Part shown: positions 32,459 to 41,002 of the stretch, piece after piece
How the letters are laid out: each line of letters begins with the position of its first letter
Numbering within the stretch: position 1 is the first letter of the stretch
NCBI GenBank assembly: GCA_964595675.1
Contig: CAZQRR010000001.1
Coordinates: forward strand, 3,724 to 67,723
Source of the DNA: an uncultured Rubrivirga sp.
GTDB taxonomy: Bacteria > Actinomycetota > Actinomycetes > S36-B12
DNA: 64,000 nucleotides
Direction of reading: 5' to 3'
Notes under the pieces: model-generated
Seen by the model: only the letters and a program-made list of their open reading frames with translations
Databases searched by the model: none
Told to the model about the DNA's origin: nothing
Made by a program: the position numbers and the translations under genes

Positions 32459-34225
32459 GTGACCGATCCCGACCCGCGCGCCGGCGAGGAGCCGCGCCAT
32501 GGTGGCCATCATTCGATCGATGCGGCCGTTGCGCACGGAGCCCAGGCACTGTTCACCCTGTCGGGAGCGCACATCTTCCCGCTCTTCGACGCAGCGGTCG
32601 GGGGCGCCGAAGCGGTGAAGGCAGCCTCCGATCCCCGCACGGCCGAGCGCTCGGGACCCTTGCGGCTCATCGATGTGCGCCACGAGCAGACGGCCGTATT
32701 CGCCGCCGAGGCAGTCGGCAAACTCAGCCGCACACCCGGATTCGCTGCAGTTACGGCTGGTCCGGGGGTCACCAACGCCATGAGCGCGGTAACCGGCGCC
32801 TGGATGAACGGAAGTCCACTCGTGCTCATCGGGGGCCGGGCACCCGACTATCGCTGGGGTTCAGGCGCACTGCAGGAACTCGACCACGTTCCTTTGCTCG
32901 AACCGGTTACCAAGAAGGCGTGGACTATCCACGATCCAGCCCGCATCGGACCTGACGTCGCACGCGCGTTCGACCTGGCCGCCACCGCCCACCGAGGTCC
33001 GGTGTTCATCGACGTACCCATGGACGCTCTGTTCACTCCCACTATGTCGGACCCGGATGCCAACTACACCGGGGGCGATGCCGGGGGCCACATCGGTACC
33101 GCGGTGAACGGCGCCGTGACAAACGGGATCGTGACTAACGGGATCGTGACGGGACCCATCGACCAGGTCGCTTCCATCCTGGTGCGCGCGCAGCGCCCCG
33201 TGGTTGTGGTCGGATCCGACGTGTGGGCCGGGAATGCGATCGATTTCGCCCGTGCGTTCATTGCCGAACTGGGGATGCCGACGATCTCGAATGGCATGGG
33301 CCGGGGCACACTCAAGCCCACGGACCCACTCCTGGTCACGCGAGCCCGCTCACGCGCATTCGCCGAGGCCGACGTGGTAGTGGTCATCGGTGCGCCTTTG
33401 GACTTCCGACTCGGCTACGGGAAGTTCGGCGCGCAGACCCCCGCAACCGTGATCCATTTCGTCGATGCCCCATCACAAGTGGCCGAGCATGCAACCGAGG
33501 CAGTCTCCATCGTCGGTGAATTCAACGAATCGCTGCCCCAGGTACTCGAAGCATGCCTTTCAGGTTCACTTGACCCACGTCGGTGGCGTGAGTGGGCGAG
33601 CACTCTGCGCGAAGTCTCTGAGCAGGCCTGGGCGAAGGACGTCGAGATCCTGGAGAGCAATGCAACACCCATCCACCCTGCGCGGATCTATGGAGAGTTG
33701 CGATCGCGAATCGCTGACGACGACATCGTCATCGGCGACGGCGGGGACTTCGTATCCTTCGCCGGACGATTCATCGAGCCTGCGCAGGCGGGCTGCTGGC
33801 TGGATCCCGGGCCTTTCGGTTGTCTGGGCACAGGACCCGGCTACGCACTCGGTGCTCACGTTGCCCGGCCCGATGCCCACCCGTGGCTCCTGCTGGGCGA
33901 TGGCGCGGCGGGATTCTCCCTGATGGATGTGGAGTCCTTGGTCCGACACCAGGTGCCCGTGACGATGGTGATCGGAAACAACGCCGGTTGGGGACTCGAG
34001 CGCCATCCGATGCGATTCCTATACGGCTATGACGTCATCGCCGATCTCCCACCGATCTCCTACGACGACGTCGTGAAAAGTCTCGGTGGAGCCGGCGAAA
34101 CCGTGACTGATCCGGCAAAGATCGGAGCGGCGCTAGACCGAGCTCGTGCCTACCGTGGGCCCTACTTGGTCAATGTCCTCACCGATCCGGAAATCGCCTA
34201 CCCGCGATCCACCACCGGGGTCTAA
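32459..34225 (+). CDS. Thiamine-pyrophosphate-dependent enzyme (acetolactate synthase large-subunit family)
   Basis: 588 aa. TPP-binding motif GDGAAGFSLMDVESLVRHQVPVTMVIGNN and an N-terminal Pyr domain. GTG start. Confidence 0.85.
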   Translation: MTDPDPRAGEEPRHGGHHSIDAAVAHGAQALFTLSGAHIFPLFDAAVGGAEAVKAASDPRTAERSGPLRLIDVRHEQTAVFAAEAVGKLSRTPGFAAVTAGPGVTNAMSAVTGAWMNGSPLVLIGGRAPDYRWGSGALQELDHVPLLEPVTKKAWTIHDPARIGPDVARAFDLAATAHRGPVFIDVPMDALFTPTMSDPDANYTGGDAGGHIGTAVNGAVTNGIVTNGIVTGPIDQVASILVRAQRPVVVVGSDVWAGNAIDFARAFIAELGMPTISNGMGRGTLKPTDPLLVTRARSRAFAEADVVVVIGAPLDFRLGYGKFGAQTPATVIHFVDAPSQVAEHATEAVSIVGEFNESLPQVLEACLSGSLDPRRWREWASTLREVSEQAWAKDVEILESNATPIHPARIYGELRSRIADDDIVIGDGGDFVSFAGRFIEPAQAGCWLDPGPFGCLGTGPGYALGAHVARPDAHPWLLLGDGAAGFSLMDVESLVRHQVPVTMVIGNNAGWGLERHPMRFLYGYDVIADLPPISYDDVVKSLGGAGETVTDPAKIGAALDRARAYRGPYLVNVLTDPEIAYPRSTTGV

Positions 34226-34626
34226 CCGGCGAAGGACGCCCGCTCGACGATCGCTCGGGTGATGCGCCCTTGGGCGATCAACCGAACGACTTCCCCGCTG
34301 GTCGCCTCGTGATCGGCCTCCACCTCGAAGACCAGTCGCTTCCCTTCCCGCGCCACCACTCTGGCTCGAGCATGAACCTTGGCTCCTACGGGAGTGGGTC
34401 GTCGATGAGTGATGTCGATGATCGTTCCAACGGTCGTGAATTCACTTGGCAGCCTGCCCACCAAGGCTGCGCAAGTCGCCTCTTCCAACACGGCCAGGAG
34501 TGCGGGTGTCCCGAGTACGGAGACGTCCCCACTTCCCAAGAGGGCAGCCGTGTCCTCGCGCGTCACGACACGTTCAGCCCGTCCTTCGGCGCCGATTATT
34601 TGGTCGGACGGAACGTCTTCTGACAC
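34222..34626 (-). CDS. Hotdog-fold thioesterase family protein
   Basis: 134 aa. The pattern VTREDTA...GSGDVSVLGTPALLA..E.A...TTVG..IDITHRRPTP.G is typical of FlK-like hotdog thioesterases. The stop overlaps the convergent TPP gene stop by 4 nt. Confidence 0.65.
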   Translation of the reverse strand: MSEDVPSDQIIGAEGRAERVVTREDTAALLGSGDVSVLGTPALLAVLEEATCAALVGRLPSEFTTVGTIIDITHRRPTPVGAKVHARARVVAREGKRLVFEVEADHEATSGEVVRLIAQGRITRAIVERASFAG

Positions 34627-34656
34627 GGAGGCCTCGTGGGGCAGATCTACGCAGGT

Positions 34657-34878
34657 CTACAGGGGGTCGAGAGCGATGAGGGCGTCGCCTTCTTGAACTA
34701 CGTCGCCCACGCGTACGAAAACCTCTGTAACGGTGCCAGCACGTTCGGCGAGGACCGGGATCTCCATCTTCATCGACTCCAGAATTACCAAGGTGACCCC
34801 TGCCTCGACGGACGCCCCCTCCTGAACCGCAACGCTATGTACGGACGCGACCATTTCCGCGCTGATCGTCTGTGCCAT
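34657..34878 (-). CDS. Stand-alone biotinyl/lipoyl-domain protein (TB7.3-like)
   Basis: 73 aa with biotinylation motif ILESMKMEIPV. Located downstream of rshA-sigH, as I recall for Rv3221c. Confidence 0.85.
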   Translation of the reverse strand: MAQTISAEMVASVHSVAVQEGASVEAGVTLVILESMKMEIPVLAERAGTVTEVFVRVGDVVQEGDALIALDPL

Positions 34879-34982
34879 GAGCGTGCTGCTCTCCTCGTGG
34901 TTGCTTGGACGCTCGATCCGATCTTCCGATCTGATCGTCAGGTCCGTTCGTCGGGTCCGCTTATCCGAGACGACTCGCGAGC

Positions 34983-35252
34983 CTACTGCCCGTCGGGCCC
35001 ACCAGAGGGAATCTGAGACTGGGATCGGATCCGCGCGTGGAGGGCAGCCGAAGCCTGGCCCACCGTGCTCGCGCGCAGCACTAATGCCTTGACAGTGCGC
35101 TGGGCCCGCTCCTCGTCACCGCATGGGGGGCACTCGGTTATGTGGACGGCGATGAGGCGGTACTCCTGCGCTCCGACTTCCCCGTCGATGTACGCGCTGA
35201 GCGCAGCGACCACCTCGGTGCAGGGAGTTTCATGAGGGTGACCGCAACTCAT
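34983..35252 (-). CDS. rshA: Zinc-associated anti-sigma factor (RshA/RsrA type)
   Basis: HxxxCxxC motif ([11 protein letters not shown]) plus N-terminal Cys. ATGA overlap with the sigH stop. Confidence 0.88.
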   Translation of the reverse strand: MSCGHPHETPCTEVVAALSAYIDGEVGAQEYRLIAVHITECPPCGDEERAQRTVKALVLRASTVGQASAALHARIRSQSQIPSGGPDGQ

Positions 35253-35917
35253 CGTTTCTCCCCTTCCTGCTGTCCGGATGCCATCGGCTGGGATTGTCGA
35301 CCGCCGAATCCATGATCCCTTGCATAATCTGCCAACAAAGTTCGCAGGCTTTTTCTTCCCCGATGGACGCGCGACATAACCGTTCCAACCGGGGTGTCCA
35401 TGATGTCCGCGATCTCCTTGTAGCTGAACCCCTCGACATCAGCGAGGATCACAGCCGTCCGAAACTCCTCCGGCAGGGCGGCAAGGGCCTGCGAAACCTC
35501 CTCGTCTCCCATCTTCTCGAGGACTTCGAATTCCGCCGATCGAATACCCCCGGCCTTGCGCTGCTCGATGTCGAGCAGTTGGTCGTCGGACAGATCCTCG
35601 GCCGACTCGGAGTTCGGCTGACGCTGCGCCTTGCGATAGGAGTTGATAAAGGTGTTGCGCAGAATACGGAACAGCCAGGCACGCAGGTTCGTGCCCTGCC
35701 GATACGAGCGGAAGCCGGAAAAGGCCTTCGCGAACGTTTCCTGCACGAGGTCTTCGGCATCGGCGACATTCCGTGTCATCCGAAGCGCCATCCCGTAGAG
35801 CTGATCGATGAATGGCAGCGCGTCAGTCTCGAACAACAGTGCTAGTTCGGCATCGCTCAATTCATCGTCGTCCGACGGCGTTCCCGGGATCACATCGCGC
35901 ACAAGACCAGACATCAC
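35249..35917 (-). CDS. sigH: ECF sigma factor SigH/SigR
   Basis: Region 2 ([14 protein letters not shown]) and region 4 ([25 protein letters not shown]). Followed by its anti-sigma gene. Confidence 0.9.
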   Translation of the reverse strand: MMSGLVRDVIPGTPSDDDELSDAELALLFETDALPFIDQLYGMALRMTRNVADAEDLVQETFAKAFSGFRSYRQGTNLRAWLFRILRNTFINSYRKAQRQPNSESAEDLSDDQLLDIEQRKAGGIRSAEFEVLEKMGDEEVSQALAALPEEFRTAVILADVEGFSYKEIADIMDTPVGTVMSRVHRGRKSLRTLLADYARDHGFGGRQSQPMASGQQEGEKR

Positions 35918-35920
35918 TAC

Positions 35921-36685
35921 TCACCCTACGGGCAGCAGCGGACCGATGGGTTCACGCATCCGTGGGCCCTCGTTGCTGGACTTGTTGACTGCCGTGGAAA
36001 CCGGATACGCCTGAAGGTGGGTATCCCCTTGTGCCACGAGTTCGGTCAGCAGCAGCGATACGTCAGCAATAGGTACTTGCGGATCGAGCCAAACTCCCCA
36101 GTGTTCGGGGTCGACCACCACCGGCATGCGATCGTGAATACGGTCTAGCGGGGAACGGGAATCCTGCGTGAGGATCGTGAAGGTGCGGATCGGGCCCTGC
36201 GGTCCGGTCCAGTCTTCGAACAAGCCCGCCAAAGCAAGGGGTTCACCGTTCGCAACGTGAATGTAGAAGGGCTGCTTGCGGGAACTGGACTTCGAATTCG
36301 GAGAGTTCGAATCTCGAGAGTTCGAATCTCTAGAGTTCGAATTCCCAGACTCCGAAGCCGCCGCCTGCCACTCGTAGTAGCCATCGACCGGCACCAGGCA
36401 CCTGCGCCTGCGGAAGGCAGCACGGTAGGAGGGCTTGTCTGCGACCGTCTCGGACCTGGCATTGATCATGCGCGCAGCACGACTGGCATCTGTGGACCAC
36501 GAGGGAATCAACCCCCACCGAGCAATCTCGACGGCCCGTACACCTGCTTCGTCGACGACGATGTACGACTCCTGCGTGGGGGCGATGTTGTATCGGGCAG
36601 GCAGTTCGACTTCCGGAAGCTGTTGCGCGTGGAACCACTCGGCGATCTCCACGGCATCTTTGGCTGCGGCGTAACGTCCACACAC
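35921..36685 (-). CDS. SOS-response-associated peptidase (SRAP/YedK, abasic-site crosslinking protein)
   Basis: Trimmed to GTG 36683-36685 so the product begins (M)CGRY with catalytic Cys2. NIAPTQ and HDRMPVV motifs. Contains a low-complexity insert encoded by a 15-bp tandem repeat. Confidence 0.85.
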   Translation of the reverse strand: MCGRYAAAKDAVEIAEWFHAQQLPEVELPARYNIAPTQESYIVVDEAGVRAVEIARWGLIPSWSTDASRAARMINARSETVADKPSYRAAFRRRRCLVPVDGYYEWQAAASESGNSNSRDSNSRDSNSPNSKSSSRKQPFYIHVANGEPLALAGLFEDWTGPQGPIRTFTILTQDSRSPLDRIHDRMPVVVDPEHWGVWLDPQVPIADVSLLLTELVAQGDTHLQAYPVSTAVNKSSNEGPRMREPIGPLLPVG

Positions 36686-36750
36686 GCCTCTATTGTGGGC
36701 CCGACCGGTGGCCCGTCCCGAAGTGAGCCTGCCCGGACTACCCTGACGAG

Positions 36751-38073
36751 GTGTCGTCGGAATCGTGGTGGTCAGCGCCTTACTGCGGGAAACCAGTGGA
36801 TGCGCGGGTACGAGTCCCCGGCTCGAAATCGTTGACCAACCGTGCGCTAATCCTGGCTGCACTGAGCGAGCGTCCCAGCCAAGTAACCCATGCGCTTGCT
36901 TCGCGCGACACCGAACTCATGATCGAAGCACTAGCCAAACTCGGCGTGGGCTTTCGCACGCTGTCCGAATCCGACGCCAGCATCGACCTCGAGATCACAC
37001 CGCACTATCTGAAGACCGCCCCGGACACCACAATCGACGTCGGACTCGCCGGCACTGTCATGAGATTCATTCCTCCACTTGCAGGGCTGAACCACGGCGA
37101 AGTGATGTTCGATGGTGATTCGGCGGCACGCCGCAGGCCCATGGCCACCTTGATCGAAGCCATGCGAGATGTGGGCATCGACGTCGATGATGCTGGGACC
37201 GGCAAGTTGCCCATGCTCGTCCGTGGCCGCGGACACGTGCCCGGGGGTGAGGTGGTACTCGATGCTTCGAGGTCAAGTCAATTCGTCAGCGCCTTGTTGC
37301 TATCGGCAGCGCGGTTCGAGGCTGGGGCCACGATCCATCACGTAGGCCAGCGACTACCGAGTGCGCCGCATATCGAGATGACCATTCGCATGCTGGCGGC
37401 GCACGGGGTGCAGGTACGCGTCGTGGAAGATCCCCCGATCGAAGGATTCGAGCGCTTCACCTGGCACATCGATTCCCAAGAGGTGCGGTCCCATGACTGG
37501 AGCATCGAACCCGACATCTCGAACGCCCTGCCCTTCATCGCAGCCGCCCTGGTCACGGGTGGGCGCGTCACTATCGAGGGGTGGCCGACAGACTCTCTGC
37601 AACCCACTGAGACGGTTCTGGGCATTCTCCGCAGGTTCGGTGCGGAAATCCGTGTCCATGAGGACGCCCTCGAGGTGGAAGGTCCAGATCGAATCGATCC
37701 GGTGGACATCGATCTGTCCGATGTCGGCGAGACGGCACCCACGATTGCGGCGATCAGCTTGTTCGCAGAAGGCACCAGCACGCTCCGCGGGATCGCGCAC
37801 CTACGCGGTCATGAGACCGATCGACTCGCGGCACTGGAAAAGGAGATTTCCAACTTGGGCGGGAAGATCGAGCAAACCGACGATGGCGTGATCATCAATC
37901 CTTCGTCCATGCACGGTGGGCCTTTCCACACGTACCACGACCATCGCATGGCAACTACCGGAGCGATCATCGGACTTCGTGTCCCTGAGGTGTTGGTCGA
38001 GAACGTAGGCACCACCGCCAAGACCCTTCCGAATTTCCCCTTGCTGTGGGCAAGCACCACCCAGGGAAGCTGA
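36751..38073 (+). CDS. aroA: 3-phosphoshikimate 1-carboxyvinyltransferase (EPSP synthase)
   Basis: VPGSKSLTNRALILAAL, full-length 440 aa, GTG start. Confidence 0.93.
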   Translation: MSSESWWSAPYCGKPVDARVRVPGSKSLTNRALILAALSERPSQVTHALASRDTELMIEALAKLGVGFRTLSESDASIDLEITPHYLKTAPDTTIDVGLAGTVMRFIPPLAGLNHGEVMFDGDSAARRRPMATLIEAMRDVGIDVDDAGTGKLPMLVRGRGHVPGGEVVLDASRSSQFVSALLLSAARFEAGATIHHVGQRLPSAPHIEMTIRMLAAHGVQVRVVEDPPIEGFERFTWHIDSQEVRSHDWSIEPDISNALPFIAAALVTGGRVTIEGWPTDSLQPTETVLGILRRFGAEIRVHEDALEVEGPDRIDPVDIDLSDVGETAPTIAAISLFAEGTSTLRGIAHLRGHETDRLAALEKEISNLGGKIEQTDDGVIINPSSMHGGPFHTYHDHRMATTGAIIGLRVPEVLVENVGTTAKTLPNFPLLWASTTQGS

Positions 38074-38090
38074 ATCAACGCGGTGGCGAC

Positions 38091-39086
38091 GTGACCAAGC
38101 ACTCGAAGCTGGATGAGGACGACGTTCGCGTCCGACCCGGACGCAGCAAGAGTCGCCGCCGAACCAAGGACAGACCCGAGTTCGAGGGTGCCAGGCCGGC
38201 AACCGTCGCAACCGTGGACCGCGGACGCTTCACCATCGTGGCCGCGGATGGCAGCGAGCACTTCGCGGTCAAGGCTCGAGAACTCGGGCGCAAGGGCATC
38301 GTGGTTGGTGATCGCGTCGAGGTGATCGGATTATCCGAGGAAACCGGAACCGATCGACTATCCCGCGAGGACTTCGCTCGAATCATCCGCCGGCTCCCGA
38401 GGGAAACCACGTTGCGTCGCTCCGCGGACGACGTGGATCCCATCGAGCGGGTGATCGTGGCGAACGCCGATCAGTTGGCCATCGTCGTGGCAGCAGCAGA
38501 CCCCGATCCTCGCCCAGGCCTCATCGATCGCACCCTCGTGGCAGCCTTCGACGCAGGTATCTCACCAATGCTCCTCATCACCAAGACCGACATAGCCTCT
38601 GCTGCACCCCTCATCGAGTTGTACGGACCGCTGGACGTACCCATTCACGAGATTCACAGCAAACGGGTATCTCCAGGTATCGAGGATGCATTCGCCGATC
38701 ACGTCACGGTGTTGATCGGACATTCCGGCGTGGGCAAGTCAACGCTCGTCAACTCCCTGGTCCCCTCTGCGCAACGATCCACCGGTGGGGTAAACCTCGT
38801 CACCGGAAAAGGCCGCCACACCTCGACCAATGTGATCGCATTGCCGCTCCCGGGAGGCGGCATCATCATCGACACACCAGGGATTCGTTCTTTCGGTCTG
38901 GCCCATATCGAGCCCGATCGAGTCATCCACGCCTTCGCCGACATCGAAGACGCTGCCCAGACATGCCCACGGGGATGCACGCACGACGATCGGTATTGCG
39001 CTTTGGATACCGATCCTTCGATGAACCCGGGACGCCTGGCATCCCTGCGGCGGTTGCTGCGAAGCCGCACTCAAGCCGACGGCTAA
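38091..39086 (+). CDS. rsgA: Ribosome small-subunit-dependent GTPase A
   Basis: Circularly permuted GTPase motifs (ITKTD, GHSGVGKSTLVNSL, GRHTST) and a C-terminal zinc cluster (CPRGCTHDDRYC). Trimmed to GTG 38091 to avoid overlap with aroA. Confidence 0.88.
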   Translation: MTKHSKLDEDDVRVRPGRSKSRRRTKDRPEFEGARPATVATVDRGRFTIVAADGSEHFAVKARELGRKGIVVGDRVEVIGLSEETGTDRLSREDFARIIRRLPRETTLRRSADDVDPIERVIVANADQLAIVVAAADPDPRPGLIDRTLVAAFDAGISPMLLITKTDIASAAPLIELYGPLDVPIHEIHSKRVSPGIEDAFADHVTVLIGHSGVGKSTLVNSLVPSAQRSTGGVNLVTGKGRHTSTNVIALPLPGGGIIIDTPGIRSFGLAHIEPDRVIHAFADIEDAAQTCPRGCTHDDRYCALDTDPSMNPGRLASLRRLLRSRTQADG

Positions 39087-39131
39087 CGCGAATCGACGGC
39101 TGACGCGAGTCGATGGCTGACGCGAATCGAC
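39081..39131. repeat. 17-bp tandem repeat x3 in a convergent intergenic gap
   Basis: GGCTAACGCGAATCGAC / GGCTGACGCGAGTCGAT / GGCTGACGCGAATCGAC. It spans from the rsgA stop codon to the stop codon of the convergent membrane gene. Confidence 0.9.
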
Positions 39132-39622
39132 TACGAAGCGGGAACCTGCCCGGGCCGGGTGTTCTCGATGATGGCGCCCCAGGTTGCCTCCGAACCCGAA
39201 TGTCCCGTGATGATCGTCGACCACAGCAAGCCGAGTGAGGCCACGATGACCACCACCCCCAGGCCGATCACCCACCAGGGACGAGAGCGATTCCCCGGGA
39301 TGCCGCGCGCGACGAGCCAGTAGCCGAGAACAAGGACGAAGAATCCCGTTGCGTAGATCGGCAGAGCCTCGCCGTAGTCGACGTGCGGTTGAGGATTACC
39401 CACCCGAGAGGCCAACTGCTCACCCGAACCCCTACTCAACCACGCGGCACCCATACCCAGTCCAGCTGCCGCCACCGTGATCCAGCCGAGTCGGTGGATC
39501 CAACTGCGCCGAAGGACGATGAGAATCGCTCCCACAACCGCGGCTGGTAAGAGCACCACAGCGGCATGCACGATCAGAACGTGCGTGGGGAGGCCGAAGA
39601 CGGTGTCGAGCGGTGAACCCAC
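39131..39622 (-). CDS. Integral membrane protein (DUF2231-like), unknown function
   Basis: 163 aa, four TM helices. The N-terminus GLPTHVLIVHAAVVLLP resembles DUF2231 proteins. Confidence 0.6.
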   Translation of the reverse strand: MGSPLDTVFGLPTHVLIVHAAVVLLPAAVVGAILIVLRRSWIHRLGWITVAAAGLGMGAAWLSRGSGEQLASRVGNPQPHVDYGEALPIYATGFFVLVLGYWLVARGIPGNRSRPWWVIGLGVVVIVASLGLLWSTIITGHSGSEATWGAIIENTRPGQVPAS

Positions 39623-39690
39623 GTCGCGAAGCCTAGGCGAATGATCCCGTCACTGCAGTCATCGTCAACGCGTGCCCTAGATTCACTGCT

Positions 39691-40467
39691 GTGGACGACC
39701 TCTCGCTCGCCCGACTTATGGCTGATGCCGCCGACGCGATCTCGCTGGATCGTTTCCAGGCGCATGACCTCGTGGTGGAGACGAAGCCGGACATGACTCC
39801 GGTGAGCGATGCAGATCGTGCGGTGGAGAACGCCATCCGAGCACTCCTGGCCCAGCACCGGCCAGATGATGCGATCCATGGCGAGGAGTACGGGAGCCAA
39901 GACGGACACCGCCAGTGGATCATCGACCCGATCGATGGCACCAAGAGTTTCGTTCGAGGGGTTCCGATCTGGGCGACTCTGATCGCCCTTCGCGAAGGCG
40001 ACACGATCACCACCGGAGTGGTCTCGGCACCCGCGCTGGGACGTCGGTGGTGGGCAGCGCGAAACACCGAAGCGACCTGCACCGCCCCAGGGGACCTCGA
40101 TCCTCGGCCGCCGCTTCGCGTCAGCAAGGTGTCGAGCATCGCCGATGCCTCATTCGGGTTCTCCGATGCAATCGGGTGGTCGACGAAAGGCTTGGATCGT
40201 CTCCTCGAACAGACCTGGCGCCAGCGTGGATACGGTGATTTCTGGTCACACCTAATGGTGGCCGAAGGCGCGGTGGACATCGCAGCCGAGCCAGCGCTGA
40301 AGATCCATGATGTGGCAGCGCTCGTTCCCATCATCGAAGCCGCTGGAGGTCAGATCACGACCTTCACCGGCGACCCGATTCCGTGGAACCATCCAACGGC
40401 CGAGTTCTCGGCACTGAGCACGAACGGACTTCTTCACAATTCGGTCGTAGATCTCCTTCGCCTCTAG
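39691..40467 (+). CDS. hisN: Inositol-monophosphatase-family histidinol-phosphatase
   Basis: IMPase motifs (ETKPDMTPVSDADRAVE, WIIDPIDGTKSF). The N-terminus resembles actinobacterial HisN. GTG start. Confidence 0.7.
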   Translation: MDDLSLARLMADAADAISLDRFQAHDLVVETKPDMTPVSDADRAVENAIRALLAQHRPDDAIHGEEYGSQDGHRQWIIDPIDGTKSFVRGVPIWATLIALREGDTITTGVVSAPALGRRWWAARNTEATCTAPGDLDPRPPLRVSKVSSIADASFGFSDAIGWSTKGLDRLLEQTWRQRGYGDFWSHLMVAEGAVDIAAEPALKIHDVAALVPIIEAAGGQITTFTGDPIPWNHPTAEFSALSTNGLLHNSVVDLLRL

Positions 40468-40547
40468 CCTGCGGCTCTCCTCGGCCCCACGATGGGAATA
40501 CCGAACCACCGATTCGAGACCCATGGGGCACACGCGGGAGGTCGATC

Positions 40548-40982
40548 ATGCAGGTTGCGCAGGTCATATCCGGAAAGGGCGCCGAGGTCTTCTCGATCAG
40601 TCCCGAGGCGACCGTGGGTGAACTCGTCCAAGCATTGAATGAATATCGTGTGGGAGCACTGCTCGTTATCGACAAGGCCAGCATTCTCGCCGGGATCGTC
40701 TCCGAGCGTGATGTGGTGCGTGCGCTAGCGAAAGATTCCGGGGCAGTCGATCATCACGTTCGCACGATCATGACCGCCGATGTGGTGAGCGTGCCACCCA
40801 CGTTCGAGGTGGCTGATCTCATGGGCTTGATGACCGAACGTCGCATCCGGCACGTGCCGGTTATCGATGACCAAGGCGCGCTCGTAGGCCTAGTGTCCAT
40901 CGGTGATGTCGTGAAGGTCCGCATGGATGAACTCGAGACCGAACGAGCAGCACTCGTGGACTACATAACGCACGGGGGTTAG
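40548..40982 (+). CDS. CBS-domain pair protein
   Basis: 144 aa with two CBS repeats (VGALLVID...GIVSERDVV; IRHVPVIDD...GLVSIGDVV). RBS GGGAGG upstream. The ORF is trimmed to ATG 40548. Confidence 0.85.
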   Translation: MQVAQVISGKGAEVFSISPEATVGELVQALNEYRVGALLVIDKASILAGIVSERDVVRALAKDSGAVDHHVRTIMTADVVSVPPTFEVADLMGLMTERRIRHVPVIDDQGALVGLVSIGDVVKVRMDELETERAALVDYITHGG

Positions 40983-41002
40983 TTCCGGTACGTGCACAGT
41001 GG

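Noticed and set aside
35918-36200. Search for a SigH/SigR autoregulatory promoter (GGAAT/C-N17-18-GTT) upstream of sigH
   Set aside because: No match was found by eye on the correct strand. I report only the absence and do not call a feature.
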